Made by a program: the position numbers and the translations under genes. Below are positions 49,226 to 59,915 of a DNA stretch of 64,000 nucleotides, one piece after another; the first letter of the stretch is position 1; each line of letters starts with the position of its first letter. This DNA is from Candidatus Woesearchaeota archaeon. Its GTDB lineage: Archaea; Nanobdellota; Nanobdellia; Pacearchaeales; GW2011-AR1. The DNA lies in NCBI GenBank assembly GCA_964412025.1, contig CAYPLY010000003.1:47659-111658 (forward strand), written 5' to 3'. The notes beneath the pieces were generated by a model, which worked only from the letters and a program-made list of their open reading frames with translations, was not told where the DNA came from and did no database searches.

Positions 49226-49486
49226 TTACTTTACCTCAACCTTGGTTGTAATTGCCTGTCCTGGCAATCCTCTCTCAAAGATAGCTCTTACAACACCTTT
49301 ATTTCCATGAGTAGCAGCAATCTTTCCGTTAATCTCTTTTCCGGCAGGACTCTTCCAAACAACACCTTTTCCGACAAATTTAGCAGCATCCTCTTTCTTT
49401 GAAACATTTTCAATCTCAATTAAAAAATGCCTTTCAGTAATTGTTTTTCTTCCCCTTCTAAATTGTATAACTTTTCCAGTTGTCAT
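49226..49486 (-). CDS. rpl35ae: Ribosomal protein L35Ae
   Basis: 86 aa beta-barrel protein; GKVIQFRRGRKT...NGKIAATHGNKGVVRAIF matches L35Ae. Confidence 0.8.
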   Translation of the reverse strand: MTTGKVIQFRRGRKTITERHFLIEIENVSKKEDAAKFVGKGVVWKSPAGKEINGKIAATHGNKGVVRAIFERGLPGQAITTKVEVK

Positions 49487-49638
49487 GTTTATTATTCATA
49501 AAATTAGTTTAAAAAGGTTTCCTAGAAGAAAAAACATCAATTATTATCCATATATTGCAATTCGTTTGTGTGACTGATAACCTAACTATATTATGATAAG
49601 TTGAACAATGTTGGAATTTTAGTTAGATAACAATTAAT

Positions 49639-50721
49639 TCACCTCTTCAACACAACAATCTCTCTTCCTACAACCTGCCCTTCCCTGAATTCCTTAACTG
49701 GAAAACCATCTTCAACCTTTAATCCAGTTTTTTCAGATATCCTAACAATATCACACCCAATTCTTTCTCTCCCAACATCAATAAAAGGACAAGTAAACAC
49801 AAACTTTCCATTAACGCTCTTTTTCATATTTTTTAAGACATCAATCATGAGATTTTCAAATTTTTTGATCATATTCTCCGCATCCTTCTTTCCAGGATTT
49901 TTTTTAAGAGTCTCTCCAAAATCGGGCTCACTAACAAGAACATCAACCGAACCAACAACCGTCCTACTAGAATCGTTATTAATTAACTTATATTTCTCTT
50001 TAGGAATCTTAAACCACTCTAAATTTTTCCTTGCCCCTTCAATTGCCTCCTTATCCTTATCTATACCAATAGATTTTATATCCATATTAACTGCTTCTAT
50101 TAAAATACTCCCTATGCCACAAAAGGCATCTAATAAAATTCCATTTTCACTTACTTCTGAAAGATTTATCATTATCTTTGCTAATCTTGGTGAAATACTC
50201 AAATCTTCTCTTCTGACTGGTTTTTGCATATCTCTCCTCTCAATTTCCTTATAATTACATCTTTGAATAATCCTTCCAAAAAAGTTATCAAATACGAAAT
50301 ACCCCTCAGTAATCAAATTAGAAGAAGGTTTCCTAAAATCCTCATCCTGTCCACGAACAAACCCCGTAAATTTCTTTTCTGTTGTCTTAAGTCTCTCAGA
50401 ATGGAATCTTCTTTTAAGATATTCTGAGACGTGTTCAGTTTCATCAGAAAAGTCCCATACAACATAATTAAATTTATTATCTGAACCATAATAAATCTCT
50501 TTTCTATTCAAATCTTTTATATTGCACATAACTATCCCTATAGAAATAGTTCCTCCTAGCAAATCAACTGTCCCTGCATCCAAAGGTTTCTCCAATTCCA
50601 ATAACAAACCATTTTCCTTGAGTTCCTCAGTCAAAATAAGATTCTCTGTTCTTCTCAAAAAACTTTTAATTTCCAAAACAGATAGTTTTACATTCCTTCC
50701 AAGAATAAATAGGTATTTCAT
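49639..50721 (-). CDS. THUMP-domain tRNA (guanine-N2)-methyltransferase (Trm14/TrmN-like)
   Basis: N-terminal THUMP-like region plus SAM motif LDAFCGIGSILIEA and an NPPY-like SEPDFG. Confidence 0.7.
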   Translation of the reverse strand: MKYLFILGRNVKLSVLEIKSFLRRTENLILTEELKENGLLLELEKPLDAGTVDLLGGTISIGIVMCNIKDLNRKEIYYGSDNKFNYVVWDFSDETEHVSEYLKRRFHSERLKTTEKKFTGFVRGQDEDFRKPSSNLITEGYFVFDNFFGRIIQRCNYKEIERRDMQKPVRREDLSISPRLAKIMINLSEVSENGILLDAFCGIGSILIEAVNMDIKSIGIDKDKEAIEGARKNLEWFKIPKEKYKLINNDSSRTVVGSVDVLVSEPDFGETLKKNPGKKDAENMIKKFENLMIDVLKNMKKSVNGKFVFTCPFIDVGRERIGCDIVRISEKTGLKVEDGFPVKEFREGQVVGREIVVLKR

Positions 50722-50785
50722 AAAAAATCCATAAAATACTAGTAAATAAATGTTTTTATACTAAAATTCTTTCAAAAAAATCAAT

Positions 50786-51247
50786 ATGCTTAGTATAGAT
50801 TGCAAAGACTGTGATGGTGTATGCTGTACATCAAGAAAAGGAAAATTATTTGCGGTATTACTCCCTCAAGAAATAGATAAATTTGAAGGATTTTATGATA
50901 TCTTAAAAACAAAAAATGGTGAATTAAGAATATTAAAGCAGGATGAAGAAGAAAATTGCATCTTTTATGATAAAAAAACTAACCTTTGCAAGACTTATTC
51001 AAATAGGCCATTTGAATGCACTACTTATCCATACATGATTCATTTTGATAAAGATATAACTTTTAAATTAGAAGGAATTTGTCCAAAGATTGATAATTGT
51101 ACTCCAGAAGATTTAGCCAGGACTAGATTGGAATGGTTAAAACAAGATCTTCCTTTAAGCTGGATAAAAAGCTACTCAGAAATATTTTTCAGAGAAGATA
51201 ATAAATTCGGAGTTTATTTAAAAGATCCTCTAGATATAAATAAATAA
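50786..51247 (+). CDS. YkgJ-family Zn/Fe-S cluster protein (CxxCxxCC)
   Basis: CKDCDGVCC at the N-terminus, with further C/H residues downstream. Confidence 0.5.
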   Translation: MLSIDCKDCDGVCCTSRKGKLFAVLLPQEIDKFEGFYDILKTKNGELRILKQDEEENCIFYDKKTNLCKTYSNRPFECTTYPYMIHFDKDITFKLEGICPKIDNCTPEDLARTRLEWLKQDLPLSWIKSYSEIFFREDNKFGVYLKDPLDINK

Positions 51248-51299
51248 TTATAATAAAGTTGAACAATGTTCTTATTTTACTTAGATAATAAACTCTCTC

Positions 51300-53111
51300 T
51301 TACAAAACAACTTCAAACTCCCCGAATTCTTTTTTCAAAACTTCAAGAATTTTAGGACTAAATTCAACTTCTTTATTACTCTTCTGAGCCTCAACAGCCT
51401 GGGATACTTCTTCCATATTTGAACTTTCAACTTTAGAGGTAACCTTGAAAACCTTATTATCTTTAAACAAAAAGGCATTTCCACCAGAAAGAAGCAATTC
51501 TCCATTACTCTGTTTAAACTTAATCTTCATTCTTCCTTTTTCAAGAGAGACTAAATCACATCTCTGAGAAAATTCAATTAAATCATTAATCAGAGTAGAT
51601 GCCTCTTTTCTTGCATTATCTACTTTATGTGCATCCAATTTACCTTTCTTAAACTCTGTTCTTGCAGTTATAATATTCTTTAATATCCTTAAGTGCTGCT
51701 GAGTCATCTTACCTTTCTTAACAAGATTCTTTTCAAATTCCAAAACTAATTGCTGTTGAGATTTTTTACCAAACATCGCAACAAGAAGACTAATTGTATC
51801 AGAATAGATTTTCTCTATTGTAATTTCCTGTGCCTTCTTATCAATTTGCTTTCTAAGCTCCTTCAACCTATTCAAAAATTCTTCCGTTTCTTTAAGAAGC
51901 TTATCTATTTCTGTTCCAGAGATTTCTTTTATTTTTTCATGTTCATAATCTCTCCAGGTGTTTATAACCCTCTCCATAAAATCTACATATTTCTTTTCAA
52001 TCATCTTTGTATCCAAAAACTCTTTTTTGAAATCTCTTACAAGTTCTTTTTTTGCATTTGGAGGGGGACATCCATTAAGCATTAATAAAGCCTGTGCGGG
52101 AGTTGTCACACTCCAGAATATATTCACAAATATATCTGAGAGTAAAGTACGTTTACTCCTTGGGATAACCCCATCTCCCATACTCATAAACATATCAATA
52201 GCCTCGGGAGAAGGTTTCAACTTACCCATCTTAAGAAGAGCCTTCCAGGGCATGAATGTCCCTCTGTCATATATTGGTACCCCGTCTCGTATAAAAGTAA
52301 ACATAACTGGATGAGCATCTTTAACCGCTTCCCAAAAATCGGTAAGAAGATATATCTGGGGTTCAAGTTTATTATTTACACCTGCAAGCGCCGAAGCCTC
52401 TCCAACATACTGATAGATTATACCTCTTAATCTTTCCTTAAGCTCAAGTCTTGGCATCCTTTTAACATCTGTATCATTAATAACAACAAAAACATCGACA
52501 TCCGAGTCTTTTGTTGTCTCTCCTCTTATTAAACTCCCTCCCAAAACATAAGAAACAACATATTTCTCAAATTTTTGTAATACAAGAGATTTATGTATTT
52601 CGGTAACTCTCATTGCTCCCAAAATACCCTTATCATGAAGTGGATAAGACATCGCCATTGCAGCATACAATTCAAACTTCTGATCTGTACATATCTCCCA
52701 AATTTCAGAGGGAGTTCTTATATAAACCCAAACCTCTTGTTTAGATTTAGCAATTTGTTCTACAATATCTTTTTTTATCTTAGGTATCTCTTTTTCTTTC
52801 TCATCAGGAATTATTATATTAACGTGAACTTTCTTCTGAAGTTTTTCAATCTGTTCTTTTGAAAGGTTCTCTGTTTCTTCTTCTATAAATTCTTTTATTG
52901 ACTGAGGAGGCAAAATACTAACTGCCTGAGTAAAAGGATATTTCTTAACAATGTAACCCTTAAGTTTTTCTAATTCTTTTTTTACCTTCTCCCCATTTTT
53001 GTCTTTTTCAGAAGTTGGTGCTTCAGGAACAGAAACTTTTTTGGAAGTATAATTTTTATCAAGATTCATCTCAGGAATATTTGCATCAGCATTTGTGTTA
53101 CCTTGAGCCAT
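51300..53111 (-). CDS. Large nucleotidyltransferase-domain protein, paralogous to 46296..47180
   Basis: LGGSLIRGETTKDSDVDVFVVINDTD NTase motif. KPSPEAI...helical region parallels KSTPEAI... in the paralog. Long N- and C-terminal extensions. Confidence 0.5.
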   Translation of the reverse strand: MAQGNTNADANIPEMNLDKNYTSKKVSVPEAPTSEKDKNGEKVKKELEKLKGYIVKKYPFTQAVSILPPQSIKEFIEEETENLSKEQIEKLQKKVHVNIIIPDEKEKEIPKIKKDIVEQIAKSKQEVWVYIRTPSEIWEICTDQKFELYAAMAMSYPLHDKGILGAMRVTEIHKSLVLQKFEKYVVSYVLGGSLIRGETTKDSDVDVFVVINDTDVKRMPRLELKERLRGIIYQYVGEASALAGVNNKLEPQIYLLTDFWEAVKDAHPVMFTFIRDGVPIYDRGTFMPWKALLKMGKLKPSPEAIDMFMSMGDGVIPRSKRTLLSDIFVNIFWSVTTPAQALLMLNGCPPPNAKKELVRDFKKEFLDTKMIEKKYVDFMERVINTWRDYEHEKIKEISGTEIDKLLKETEEFLNRLKELRKQIDKKAQEITIEKIYSDTISLLVAMFGKKSQQQLVLEFEKNLVKKGKMTQQHLRILKNIITARTEFKKGKLDAHKVDNARKEASTLINDLIEFSQRCDLVSLEKGRMKIKFKQSNGELLLSGGNAFLFKDNKVFKVTSKVESSNMEEVSQAVEAQKSNKEVEFSPKILEVLKKEFGEFEVVL

Positions 53112-53211
53112 GATAACAAAAGATGTTTTTTACTTTTAAATGTTTGGATATAAAGTTAACTAAACCCTAAAAATCTTTAAATATCCCTCAATTTATCTTA
53201 TTTTAAGTAAT

Positions 53212-53352
53212 GCGTTCCTAGTTTAATGGTAGAATATCTCGTTGCCAATGTAAGGGACCAAGGTCCCTTGACAATCAACCTCCTTGAGAAAGAAGAAGGA
53301 AGAAGATAAAAGCAAAAACGAGGTGGCCCGGGTCCGATTCCCGGGGAGCGCA
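53212..53352 (+). tRNA. tRNA-Gly (anticodon GCC) with an intron of about 70 nt at the canonical 37/38 position
   Basis: Acceptor GCGTTCC/GGAGCGC with one G-U pair. Anticodon stem TCTCG/CGAGG, loop TTGCCA then intron. T-arm CCGGG-TCCGATT-CCCGG. Discriminator A. The exons join at about 53247/53318. Confidence 0.7.
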
Positions 53353-53353
53353 T

Positions 53354-53863
53354 CTAAACAATATTAATCTGCACTTTTTTTGAAAGATCAACTCCCTTAC
53401 ATTCTACATGAGCACATAAATACCATTTCAAGGAATAATCTCTTCCGGTTAAAATCTGCACTGATTTTACTAAAGTTCCTGCAACACCCTCAATCTCTTT
53501 TGAAAAATTATTGGGTCCTTTTATTAAAAAGTCATAAGAATATTCTCCAGGAACATATTCTTTTTTCTCTTCTAAAGGATACTTAAAATCAAAAAGGAGG
53601 TAATCTTCTTTATGTTTAGTTTGTGTCTTTGATGAATAAGTCCTTTCATGCTTTTCACATATCAATCCAATTGTTAATTTTTCGGCACTAACAGGCTTTT
53701 TAAATTTTAATATAACTTTTCCTTTGATATCTTCACCAGGAGAATAACTATATTTTTCTGGAATTATCTTTATTGAGCCCTTTATTTTCTTTAAAATAAA
53801 AAGAATGATTAAAAAAAGAAAAATTCCTCCGATCACCCCTAAGAGAATACTTTCAATATTCAT
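53354..53863 (-). CDS. Membrane-anchored hypothetical protein
   Basis: 169 aa with an N-terminal transmembrane helix. Confidence 0.35.
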   Translation of the reverse strand: MNIESILLGVIGGIFLFLIILFILKKIKGSIKIIPEKYSYSPGEDIKGKVILKFKKPVSAEKLTIGLICEKHERTYSSKTQTKHKEDYLLFDFKYPLEEKKEYVPGEYSYDFLIKGPNNFSKEIEGVAGTLVKSVQILTGRDYSLKWYLCAHVECKGVDLSKKVQINIV

Positions 53864-53936
53864 CTAATATTAAAAACCAATTCGCTTAAAAAAGTATCTA
53901 AATAAAAGCGAAATGAAAAATAAAATAAAATAACCA

Positions 53937-54164
53937 TTACATGCCCAGATATTTTAGCAACTCAAATACTAAAAATGCTGGCCATACAATTGCTTTCAAA
54001 ACACCTAAAAGCCCTATCCAAAAAGTTGTTGCGGTAGCTAGGTAATAAACCAATGCACCTACAAAACCCAATCCATAAAATGCACTTGCTGTCCCATTAT
54101 CTCCCGAACAGTTCATCTTTCTTTTCATTTTTACCTCCTTTTCATTTTTATTTAACTTTAGCAA
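53937..54164 (-). CDS. Small membrane protein
   Basis: 75 aa with two Gly-rich hydrophobic helices. Confidence 0.3.
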   Translation of the reverse strand: MLKLNKNEKEVKMKRKMNCSGDNGTASAFYGLGFVGALVYYLATATTFWIGLLGVLKAIVWPAFLVFELLKYLGM

Positions 54165-54630
54165 AAAGAATCATCCAATTATCCCCAAACTTTTTTGCAC
54201 ATTTTGGGCAGTATGCATAATGAATGTAATAATCTTTAGATGCAACTCTTTTTCCAAGATAATTATTCATATCTTTAACAAACTTAGGAACAGCATTAAA
54301 TCCTCCCGAATAGGTTTTAGAAATAAAAGTGCCTGAAATATTAGTATTATTTGCTTCGGGAACTTTTCCAGTAACAGAAAAATATATCTCTGATTTAAAT
54401 GCTCCCGGATCTCTAAACAAAATTAATACTTCATCTTTCTTAGAAGATATCTTCTTTGCTTTCTCTGCAAGGCTCATCATTTTTACAATCTTCTTACCTA
54501 TCATAGGAGGGAAAGGTATGTGGAATAATGTTGGAATAGATTCTTTGATAAATTTTTTATTCTTCCAGATAAATGTTTTTTTATCCCACTTTCTTGTATT
54601 AAATTTAGGACAACATTCCCCTTTTTTCAT
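54148..54630 (-). CDS. Hypothetical protein with N- and C-terminal Cys pairs
   Basis: 160 aa. CCPKF...CPKC suggests a metal-binding site. Confidence 0.35.
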   Translation of the reverse strand: MKKGECCPKFNTRKWDKKTFIWKNKKFIKESIPTLFHIPFPPMIGKKIVKMMSLAEKAKKISSKKDEVLILFRDPGAFKSEIYFSVTGKVPEANNTNISGTFISKTYSGGFNAVPKFVKDMNNYLGKRVASKDYYIHYAYCPKCAKKFGDNWMILFAKVK

Positions 54631-54709
54631 AGAATTATAAATTGTTTAATAGATTTAAACTTTTTCATTTTCTAAAAAATATGAGCCTAAGCGGGGGCAA
54701 ACTACTGAA

Positions 54710-54780
54710 TGGTCCGTGGAGGAATCGGACCTCCGCCTTCTCGGTGTAAACGAGAGGGTCTACCATTAGCCTAACGGACC
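54710..54780 (-). tRNA. tRNA-Val (anticodon UAC)
   Basis: Perfect 7-bp acceptor GGTCCGT/ACGGACC. Anticodon stem TCTCG/CGAGA, loop TTTACAC. T-arm GGAGG-TCCGATT-CCTCC. The D stem is imperfect. Confidence 0.65.
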
Positions 54781-54880
54781 TTACAAAAATAAAACTTTCT
54801 ACCACTTTTAAGCTTTTTCATTATCAATTTTTCATAACATTTTTAAGAGAACAATCCCTATTTCAGATAAGGTAAAAGAG

Positions 54881-55732
54881 ATGATATATTTTCCAATAAT
54901 CGCTGCAATGGCTTTGGCCGGAGGAAATGTATTAGAAAGAAGAATCCTAAAAAAGAAGGGAATAGATATAAAAAAATACCAAATACTAGAGTTTCTAGCC
55001 ATCTCATTGATTCTTCTTCCATTCATCTACTTTTTCTGGAGAGTAGATTCACAGGCATTTGAATTAAAAAATATACTTATACTTGTGGGAGTAATAATTA
55101 TATCAATAATTGCAAACCTGTTTACTTTTTATTCAATGAAAGGGGACAAAGTTAGCAACCTTGAACCTGCAAAAATGCTTGAACCTTTATTTACCATTCT
55201 GCTTGCAATAGTTTTCAGTTTCTTTGTTGAAGGAATATATGAAAGCAACACTAAGGTTTTAATTGCATCCTTAATAGCAGGATTGGCACTCATTTTAACT
55301 CATGTCAAAAAAGAACACTTGAATTTCAACAAATATTTTACTGCAGCAATAATAGGAAGTTTCTTTTTTGCCCTTGAGATAATAATTTCAAACCTAATAC
55401 TCAGCTATTATTCTCCTATGACATTCTACTTTTTAAGATGTCTAGGAGTGTTTATTATAAGCATAATAATTTTCTATCCAAAACTATCGAAGACAAAGGA
55501 TAATTTAAAAGTGGATATAATTTTTATTAGCCTAATCTGGATTGTTTATAGAATCGTCGCTTACTATGGGTATTTAAACATAGGAGTAATCTCAACCACA
55601 CTGATATTAATGTTAGGTGCAGTACTTACTTATATCTTTGCAAAAATATTCCTTAAAGAAAAGATAAACAAAAGAAACATAATTGCATCAATAATTATTC
55701 TGGCCTGTATTCTCTATGCAAGTTTTGCTTAA
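54881..55732 (+). CDS. EamA/DMT-superfamily transporter
   Basis: 283 aa, about 10 transmembrane helices in two repeats, typical of the drug/metabolite transporter family. Confidence 0.6.
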   Translation: MIYFPIIAAMALAGGNVLERRILKKKGIDIKKYQILEFLAISLILLPFIYFFWRVDSQAFELKNILILVGVIIISIIANLFTFYSMKGDKVSNLEPAKMLEPLFTILLAIVFSFFVEGIYESNTKVLIASLIAGLALILTHVKKEHLNFNKYFTAAIIGSFFFALEIIISNLILSYYSPMTFYFLRCLGVFIISIIIFYPKLSKTKDNLKVDIIFISLIWIVYRIVAYYGYLNIGVISTTLILMLGAVLTYIFAKIFLKEKINKRNIIASIIILACILYASFA

Positions 55733-55863
55733 TTTGATTAGTTTAATTATTACACGTAATTCAAAATAAATTTAATTAGTGAATATACCAAAATCGTTTG
55801 AGTTCATTAAAAATAATCCAGTAATCGGTTGCTCAAATGTTGATTTTAGTTGAATAATAAAGA

Positions 55864-56997
55864 TTAAGGTATAATCTCGGGTCCAAAATACCTTTCAAAT
55901 TCAAAATCATGCTCATAAACAATTTTATCATTTATCAAATCACTAATCTCTTGTATCTTATCATTAACCCCCTCAATCAAATTGAAAATAGTATTGCATA
56001 TTAACTCCTGTCCCTCTTCTGGCCAAAGCTGAGCGTAATTGCTATACAAACACCTGCCTCCACAAATATCAAGATATTTACAGGAAGTGCATGGCTCATT
56101 AACATACATCTCTTTTAAATTTTCCATAGTTTTACTCAAATCCCCACAATAGAAATCTTTCATACCACTCATGATAGGACAAGCAACAATCTTTCCATTA
56201 GTTAAAATAGTATAATTAGCATATCCGGAACCGCACTGAAGTTTGGTTGTTTTATTATAATAAAGTAGCTCAAAAATACCTAAAAAAGGATATATCTTGA
56301 GAACCTTTTTCTTCTCCCTCATATAATCTACCCAAAAATCCAATAGCCTATCTATTGATTTATTATATTCTTTAACAAAAACCTTAAACTGCTTTTTATC
56401 AAAATCATTCTTGTAAAAACCGGCATCAATTTGCCAATGAATTGAATCAAATATATTATTTTCTATTAATCCAACAATATGCAAAACCTGTTGATATATA
56501 TCCGAAAAATCTAATGTCATTCTTGCAACAATCTCCCCCTTATACCCCTTCTCTCTTATTTCAAGAATATTTTTTAATACTTTATCATAGGTCCCTAAAC
56601 CTCTATTGTAGTCTGTTCTTCTTTTATCCCCATCTATAGAAACCAGCATCTTTGAAATTTTATTTAAATAGATTAGAGGGATCTCATTAAGCAATTTACC
56701 ATTTGTCTGCATACAAAAGTTTATCCTTTTTTTGGATTTTTCAACATTATCAATAATTTCCTTCATCTTTGGAAAGTTAACAAGAGGCTCCCCCCCATAA
56801 AATATTAAAGTATCCCTCTCCTTTAAAAATCCAGCAATATCTGCTCCTTTAACCACAGATTCACATGGAGCACTATAATCAAATTCGAATTTATCTTTAA
56901 GTCCATTGTCAAATTCTTCCATTGACTTCTGATAGCAATATTTACATCTAGAATTGCATTTCTCTGTAAGTATAATGTGGTAATACATAAAAAACAC
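55864..56997 (-). CDS. Radical SAM protein with C-terminal SPASM/twitch-like Cys cluster
   Basis: CNSRCKYC (CX3CX2C) near the N-terminus. C-terminal CTSCKYLDICGGRCL is a SPASM-like auxiliary-cluster motif. Confidence 0.75.
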   Translation of the reverse strand: MFFMYYHIILTEKCNSRCKYCYQKSMEEFDNGLKDKFEFDYSAPCESVVKGADIAGFLKERDTLIFYGGEPLVNFPKMKEIIDNVEKSKKRINFCMQTNGKLLNEIPLIYLNKISKMLVSIDGDKRRTDYNRGLGTYDKVLKNILEIREKGYKGEIVARMTLDFSDIYQQVLHIVGLIENNIFDSIHWQIDAGFYKNDFDKKQFKVFVKEYNKSIDRLLDFWVDYMREKKKVLKIYPFLGIFELLYYNKTTKLQCGSGYANYTILTNGKIVACPIMSGMKDFYCGDLSKTMENLKEMYVNEPCTSCKYLDICGGRCLYSNYAQLWPEEGQELICNTIFNLIEGVNDKIQEISDLINDKIVYEHDFEFERYFGPEIIP

Positions 56998-57034
56998 TAT
57001 ATATCCCAGTTTTTAAGCATTATTGAGAAGCAAT

Positions 57035-58663
57035 TTACTCCAACCCACTCATGAAATCACCCTCTCTTCCTCTCTCACCCGTAAAACTCATCCTTCCTTT
57101 CTTATCGGGCTTAGAAGCTATAACATCATCTATCCTTAAAATCATATTTGCAACCTCTGTTGCAGAATCAATTTCCTGACTCTTTATATTATAAGGTTCT
57201 ATTATTTTAGCTTCAAGAACATTTCCAACTTTATTTTCAAACAAATTTAATCCTGCATTCTTGTCTCCTGAATCATGTTTAGCCCTTAATTCAGTTATGA
57301 TATCTATAGGGTCTAAACCTGCATTTTCAGCAAGAGTAATGGGTATAAACTCCAAGGCATTTGCAAACTCTTCTACAGCAAGCCTCTCTCTTCCTGAAAG
57401 AGACTGTCCAAAATGTTTCAATCTCCTGGAAACTTCCATCTCAATAGCCCCTCCTCCAGGAACAACTAATCCAGATTTTAAAACACATGAAACATCTCCA
57501 AGACCATCATCTATTGCTCTTTCAATCTCGTCCATGACATGCTCGCTCCCTCCGTGAATTAAAATTGTTACTGCCTTGGGATTTTTACATCCTTTAATAT
57601 AAGTGTAAGAATCGTCCCCTCTCTTAACATTTTCAACACTATCTGCAGAGCCCAATTCAAATTGAGTCAAATCATTGAGATTACTTATAATCTTGCCTCC
57701 AGTAGCTTTGGCAATTTTCTGCATATCACTTCTTGAAACTCTTCTGCAAACATAAATCCCATTTCTAGCTAAAAGAAAACTTGCAAAATCATCAACCCCC
57801 TTCTGACAAAACACCACATTTGCAGTTGACTCTCTAACTAAGTTAACGATCTCTTTTATTGAATTTTCTTCCTGAAGCAAAAATCTCTGTAATTGCTCTG
57901 GTGAAGAAATTGAAACTTCCGTTTTCAACTCAAGAGTTTTAATCTCCAAAGGAATATCTATTAAAGCTATACGAGCGTCTTTAACGTAAGAAGGCATATC
58001 CAAAGAGATTTTTCCCTTATCGATAACAATCCCAGAAATTAATTCTGTATCTCCTATCCCCTCTCCCCTTGCTTTTTCTATTTTTATATTATCCAAATCA
58101 ACCAACCCTTTTTCCTCAATCTGATTAACAGCTTTAACAACAATTTCTGAAAGATTTTCCTTGGAATCTTCAGCTCCTTTTCCAGTCATTGCGGTCATAG
58201 CAACTTGTTTCAGAACAAATTCATCTTTATGTTCGACTTTCATAGATAAATCTTTAAGGATCTCCTGAGCCTTCTCTGCAGCAATTCTATACCCCTTAAC
58301 AATAACAGTTGGATGAATTTTGCTATCAAGAAGTTTCTCGGCATTTTCTAGAAGTCTTCCTGCAATCATAACCGCAGAAGTTGTTCCATCTCCAACTTCA
58401 GATTCCTGAGTTTTAGCAATTTCAACCATCATTTTTGCAGCAGGATGTTCAATCTGCATCTCGCTTAAAATTGTTGCTCCATCATTTGTAATTATAATAT
58501 CATTTAATGGAGAAACAAGCATTTTATCCATCCCTCTTGGACCCAAAGTAGTTTTAACAATTTCTGCAACAAGTTTAGCTGCAGTAATATTATTTCTCTG
58601 AGCATCTTTACCCATAAGTCTTTGTATATCTTCGGGCATAAGAGTTATTGGTTTATCTGTCAT
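57035..58663 (-). CDS. ths: Thermosome subunit (group II chaperonin)
   Basis: [16 protein letters not shown] and the VPGGGAIE motifs. Confidence 0.95.
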   Translation of the reverse strand: MTDKPITLMPEDIQRLMGKDAQRNNITAAKLVAEIVKTTLGPRGMDKMLVSPLNDIIITNDGATILSEMQIEHPAAKMMVEIAKTQESEVGDGTTSAVMIAGRLLENAEKLLDSKIHPTVIVKGYRIAAEKAQEILKDLSMKVEHKDEFVLKQVAMTAMTGKGAEDSKENLSEIVVKAVNQIEEKGLVDLDNIKIEKARGEGIGDTELISGIVIDKGKISLDMPSYVKDARIALIDIPLEIKTLELKTEVSISSPEQLQRFLLQEENSIKEIVNLVRESTANVVFCQKGVDDFASFLLARNGIYVCRRVSRSDMQKIAKATGGKIISNLNDLTQFELGSADSVENVKRGDDSYTYIKGCKNPKAVTILIHGGSEHVMDEIERAIDDGLGDVSCVLKSGLVVPGGGAIEMEVSRRLKHFGQSLSGRERLAVEEFANALEFIPITLAENAGLDPIDIITELRAKHDSGDKNAGLNLFENKVGNVLEAKIIEPYNIKSQEIDSATEVANMILRIDDVIASKPDKKGRMSFTGERGREGDFMSGLE

Positions 58664-58664
58664 C

Positions 58665-58907
58665 TTATTTTTTCTTGTTTAATTCATTTATACTATTAAA
58701 AACCCATTCTTCAACCTTATCTGTTAACTCCAGAGTTTTATTTTTTGAATCGATTCTTATTTTACTCTTTCTCGTCTCATCAAGAAAATAAACCGTCCCT
58801 TGTTTATATTTATCCCATTCAAAGGAGATTTTTTCTATAAAACCCATTATATCTTCATAAGCATTCTCTCCTTCAATATTTATTCTAGTTTTATATTGCC
58901 CATCCAT
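58665..58907 (-). CDS. Hypothetical small protein
   Basis: 80 aa. 1-nt gap to the thermosome gene. Confidence 0.3.
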   Translation of the reverse strand: MDGQYKTRINIEGENAYEDIMGFIEKISFEWDKYKQGTVYFLDETRKSKIRIDSKNKTLELTDKVEEWVFNSINELNKKK

Positions 58908-59062
58908 TTTAATCTAACACCTTAGTTTATTCAACAAAAAAGGTTCTCAAATCATTTATTTAAGCATTGTTGTATTGAAAATCAATATTGCACTTTTTTA
59001 AACAAGTCTTATATTTTTGAAGTGGTAAAAAACGTTTATAAGCATAAAAATCCTATAAAAAT

Positions 59063-59629
59063 ATGTACAAAATACTAGTTTCTGATATAATGACAAGAGA
59101 ACCCCTTGTTATTAGCCCGAATGCCAGCTTATTAGAGTGTGCTAAAAAAATGGTTCAAAAGAAAACAGGAAGTCTTCTCCTTGTAGAAAAAAACAAACTC
59201 GTGGGACTAATCTCAACACAAGATATTCTATGGGCACTTATAAAAAAATCACAAAAAGATCTTTCTTCAATACAGGCTAAAGACATTTCTCCAAAGAAAA
59301 TTGCTGTAATAAAACCAAATGCAACTCTTGAGGATGCCTTAAAAAAAATGAAAGAATCAAGATTTGAAAGACTTCCAGTTATAGATAACAACGAATTAGT
59401 CGGAATAATTACAATAAAAGACATTTTAAGTTTCAATCCCGAAATATACCCTGAACTACAAGAATTTGCCGAGATAAGGGAAGAATCCAGAAAATTAAAA
59501 CTTGTCAAAAAGGCAAAAGAAAAAGATAAATCTCCGCTACATGAGGGAATATGTGAAGAATGCGGAAACTATGGTCCCTTAGAAAGATATAAAGGGATGC
59601 TTGTATGTGCTTCATGTAAAGGGAATTAA
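59063..59629 (+). CDS. CBS-domain pair protein with C-terminal zinc ribbon
   Basis: Two CBS-like repeats (VSDIMTREPLVISP...; IAVIKPNATL...LPVID) and a C-terminal CEECGN...CASCKG. Confidence 0.65.
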   Translation: MYKILVSDIMTREPLVISPNASLLECAKKMVQKKTGSLLLVEKNKLVGLISTQDILWALIKKSQKDLSSIQAKDISPKKIAVIKPNATLEDALKKMKESRFERLPVIDNNELVGIITIKDILSFNPEIYPELQEFAEIREESRKLKLVKKAKEKDKSPLHEGICEECGNYGPLERYKGMLVCASCKGN

Positions 59630-59639
59630 AAGAAGACAT

Positions 59640-59915
59640 TTAATTCTTAATAAGTATAATGGATGAATAAGGTTTTAGAGTTAAAGTCCCAGAATAACTC
59701 TTTCCATTTACATCAATGTAATTACCCGAAGGAAGCGTAAACGCCTTATTCGTTCTCGAAGGATTATATTCAAAGAGAATATCATTAACATCAACAATTG
59801 TCTTAGGAGGTTCTTTTGAGAGGAAATGATTGAAGGAAGAAAGAAGAGAGGGTTTTCTTTGAATATTAACAGAATATCTTTTAGAATATCCTGTAGGTAT
59901 ACCTTTTTTTATCAT
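59640..59915 (-). CDS. Hypothetical small protein
   Basis: 91 aa. Confidence 0.3.
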   Translation of the reverse strand: MIKKGIPTGYSKRYSVNIQRKPSLLSSFNHFLSKEPPKTIVDVNDILFEYNPSRTNKAFTLPSGNYIDVNGKSYSGTLTLKPYSSIILIKN

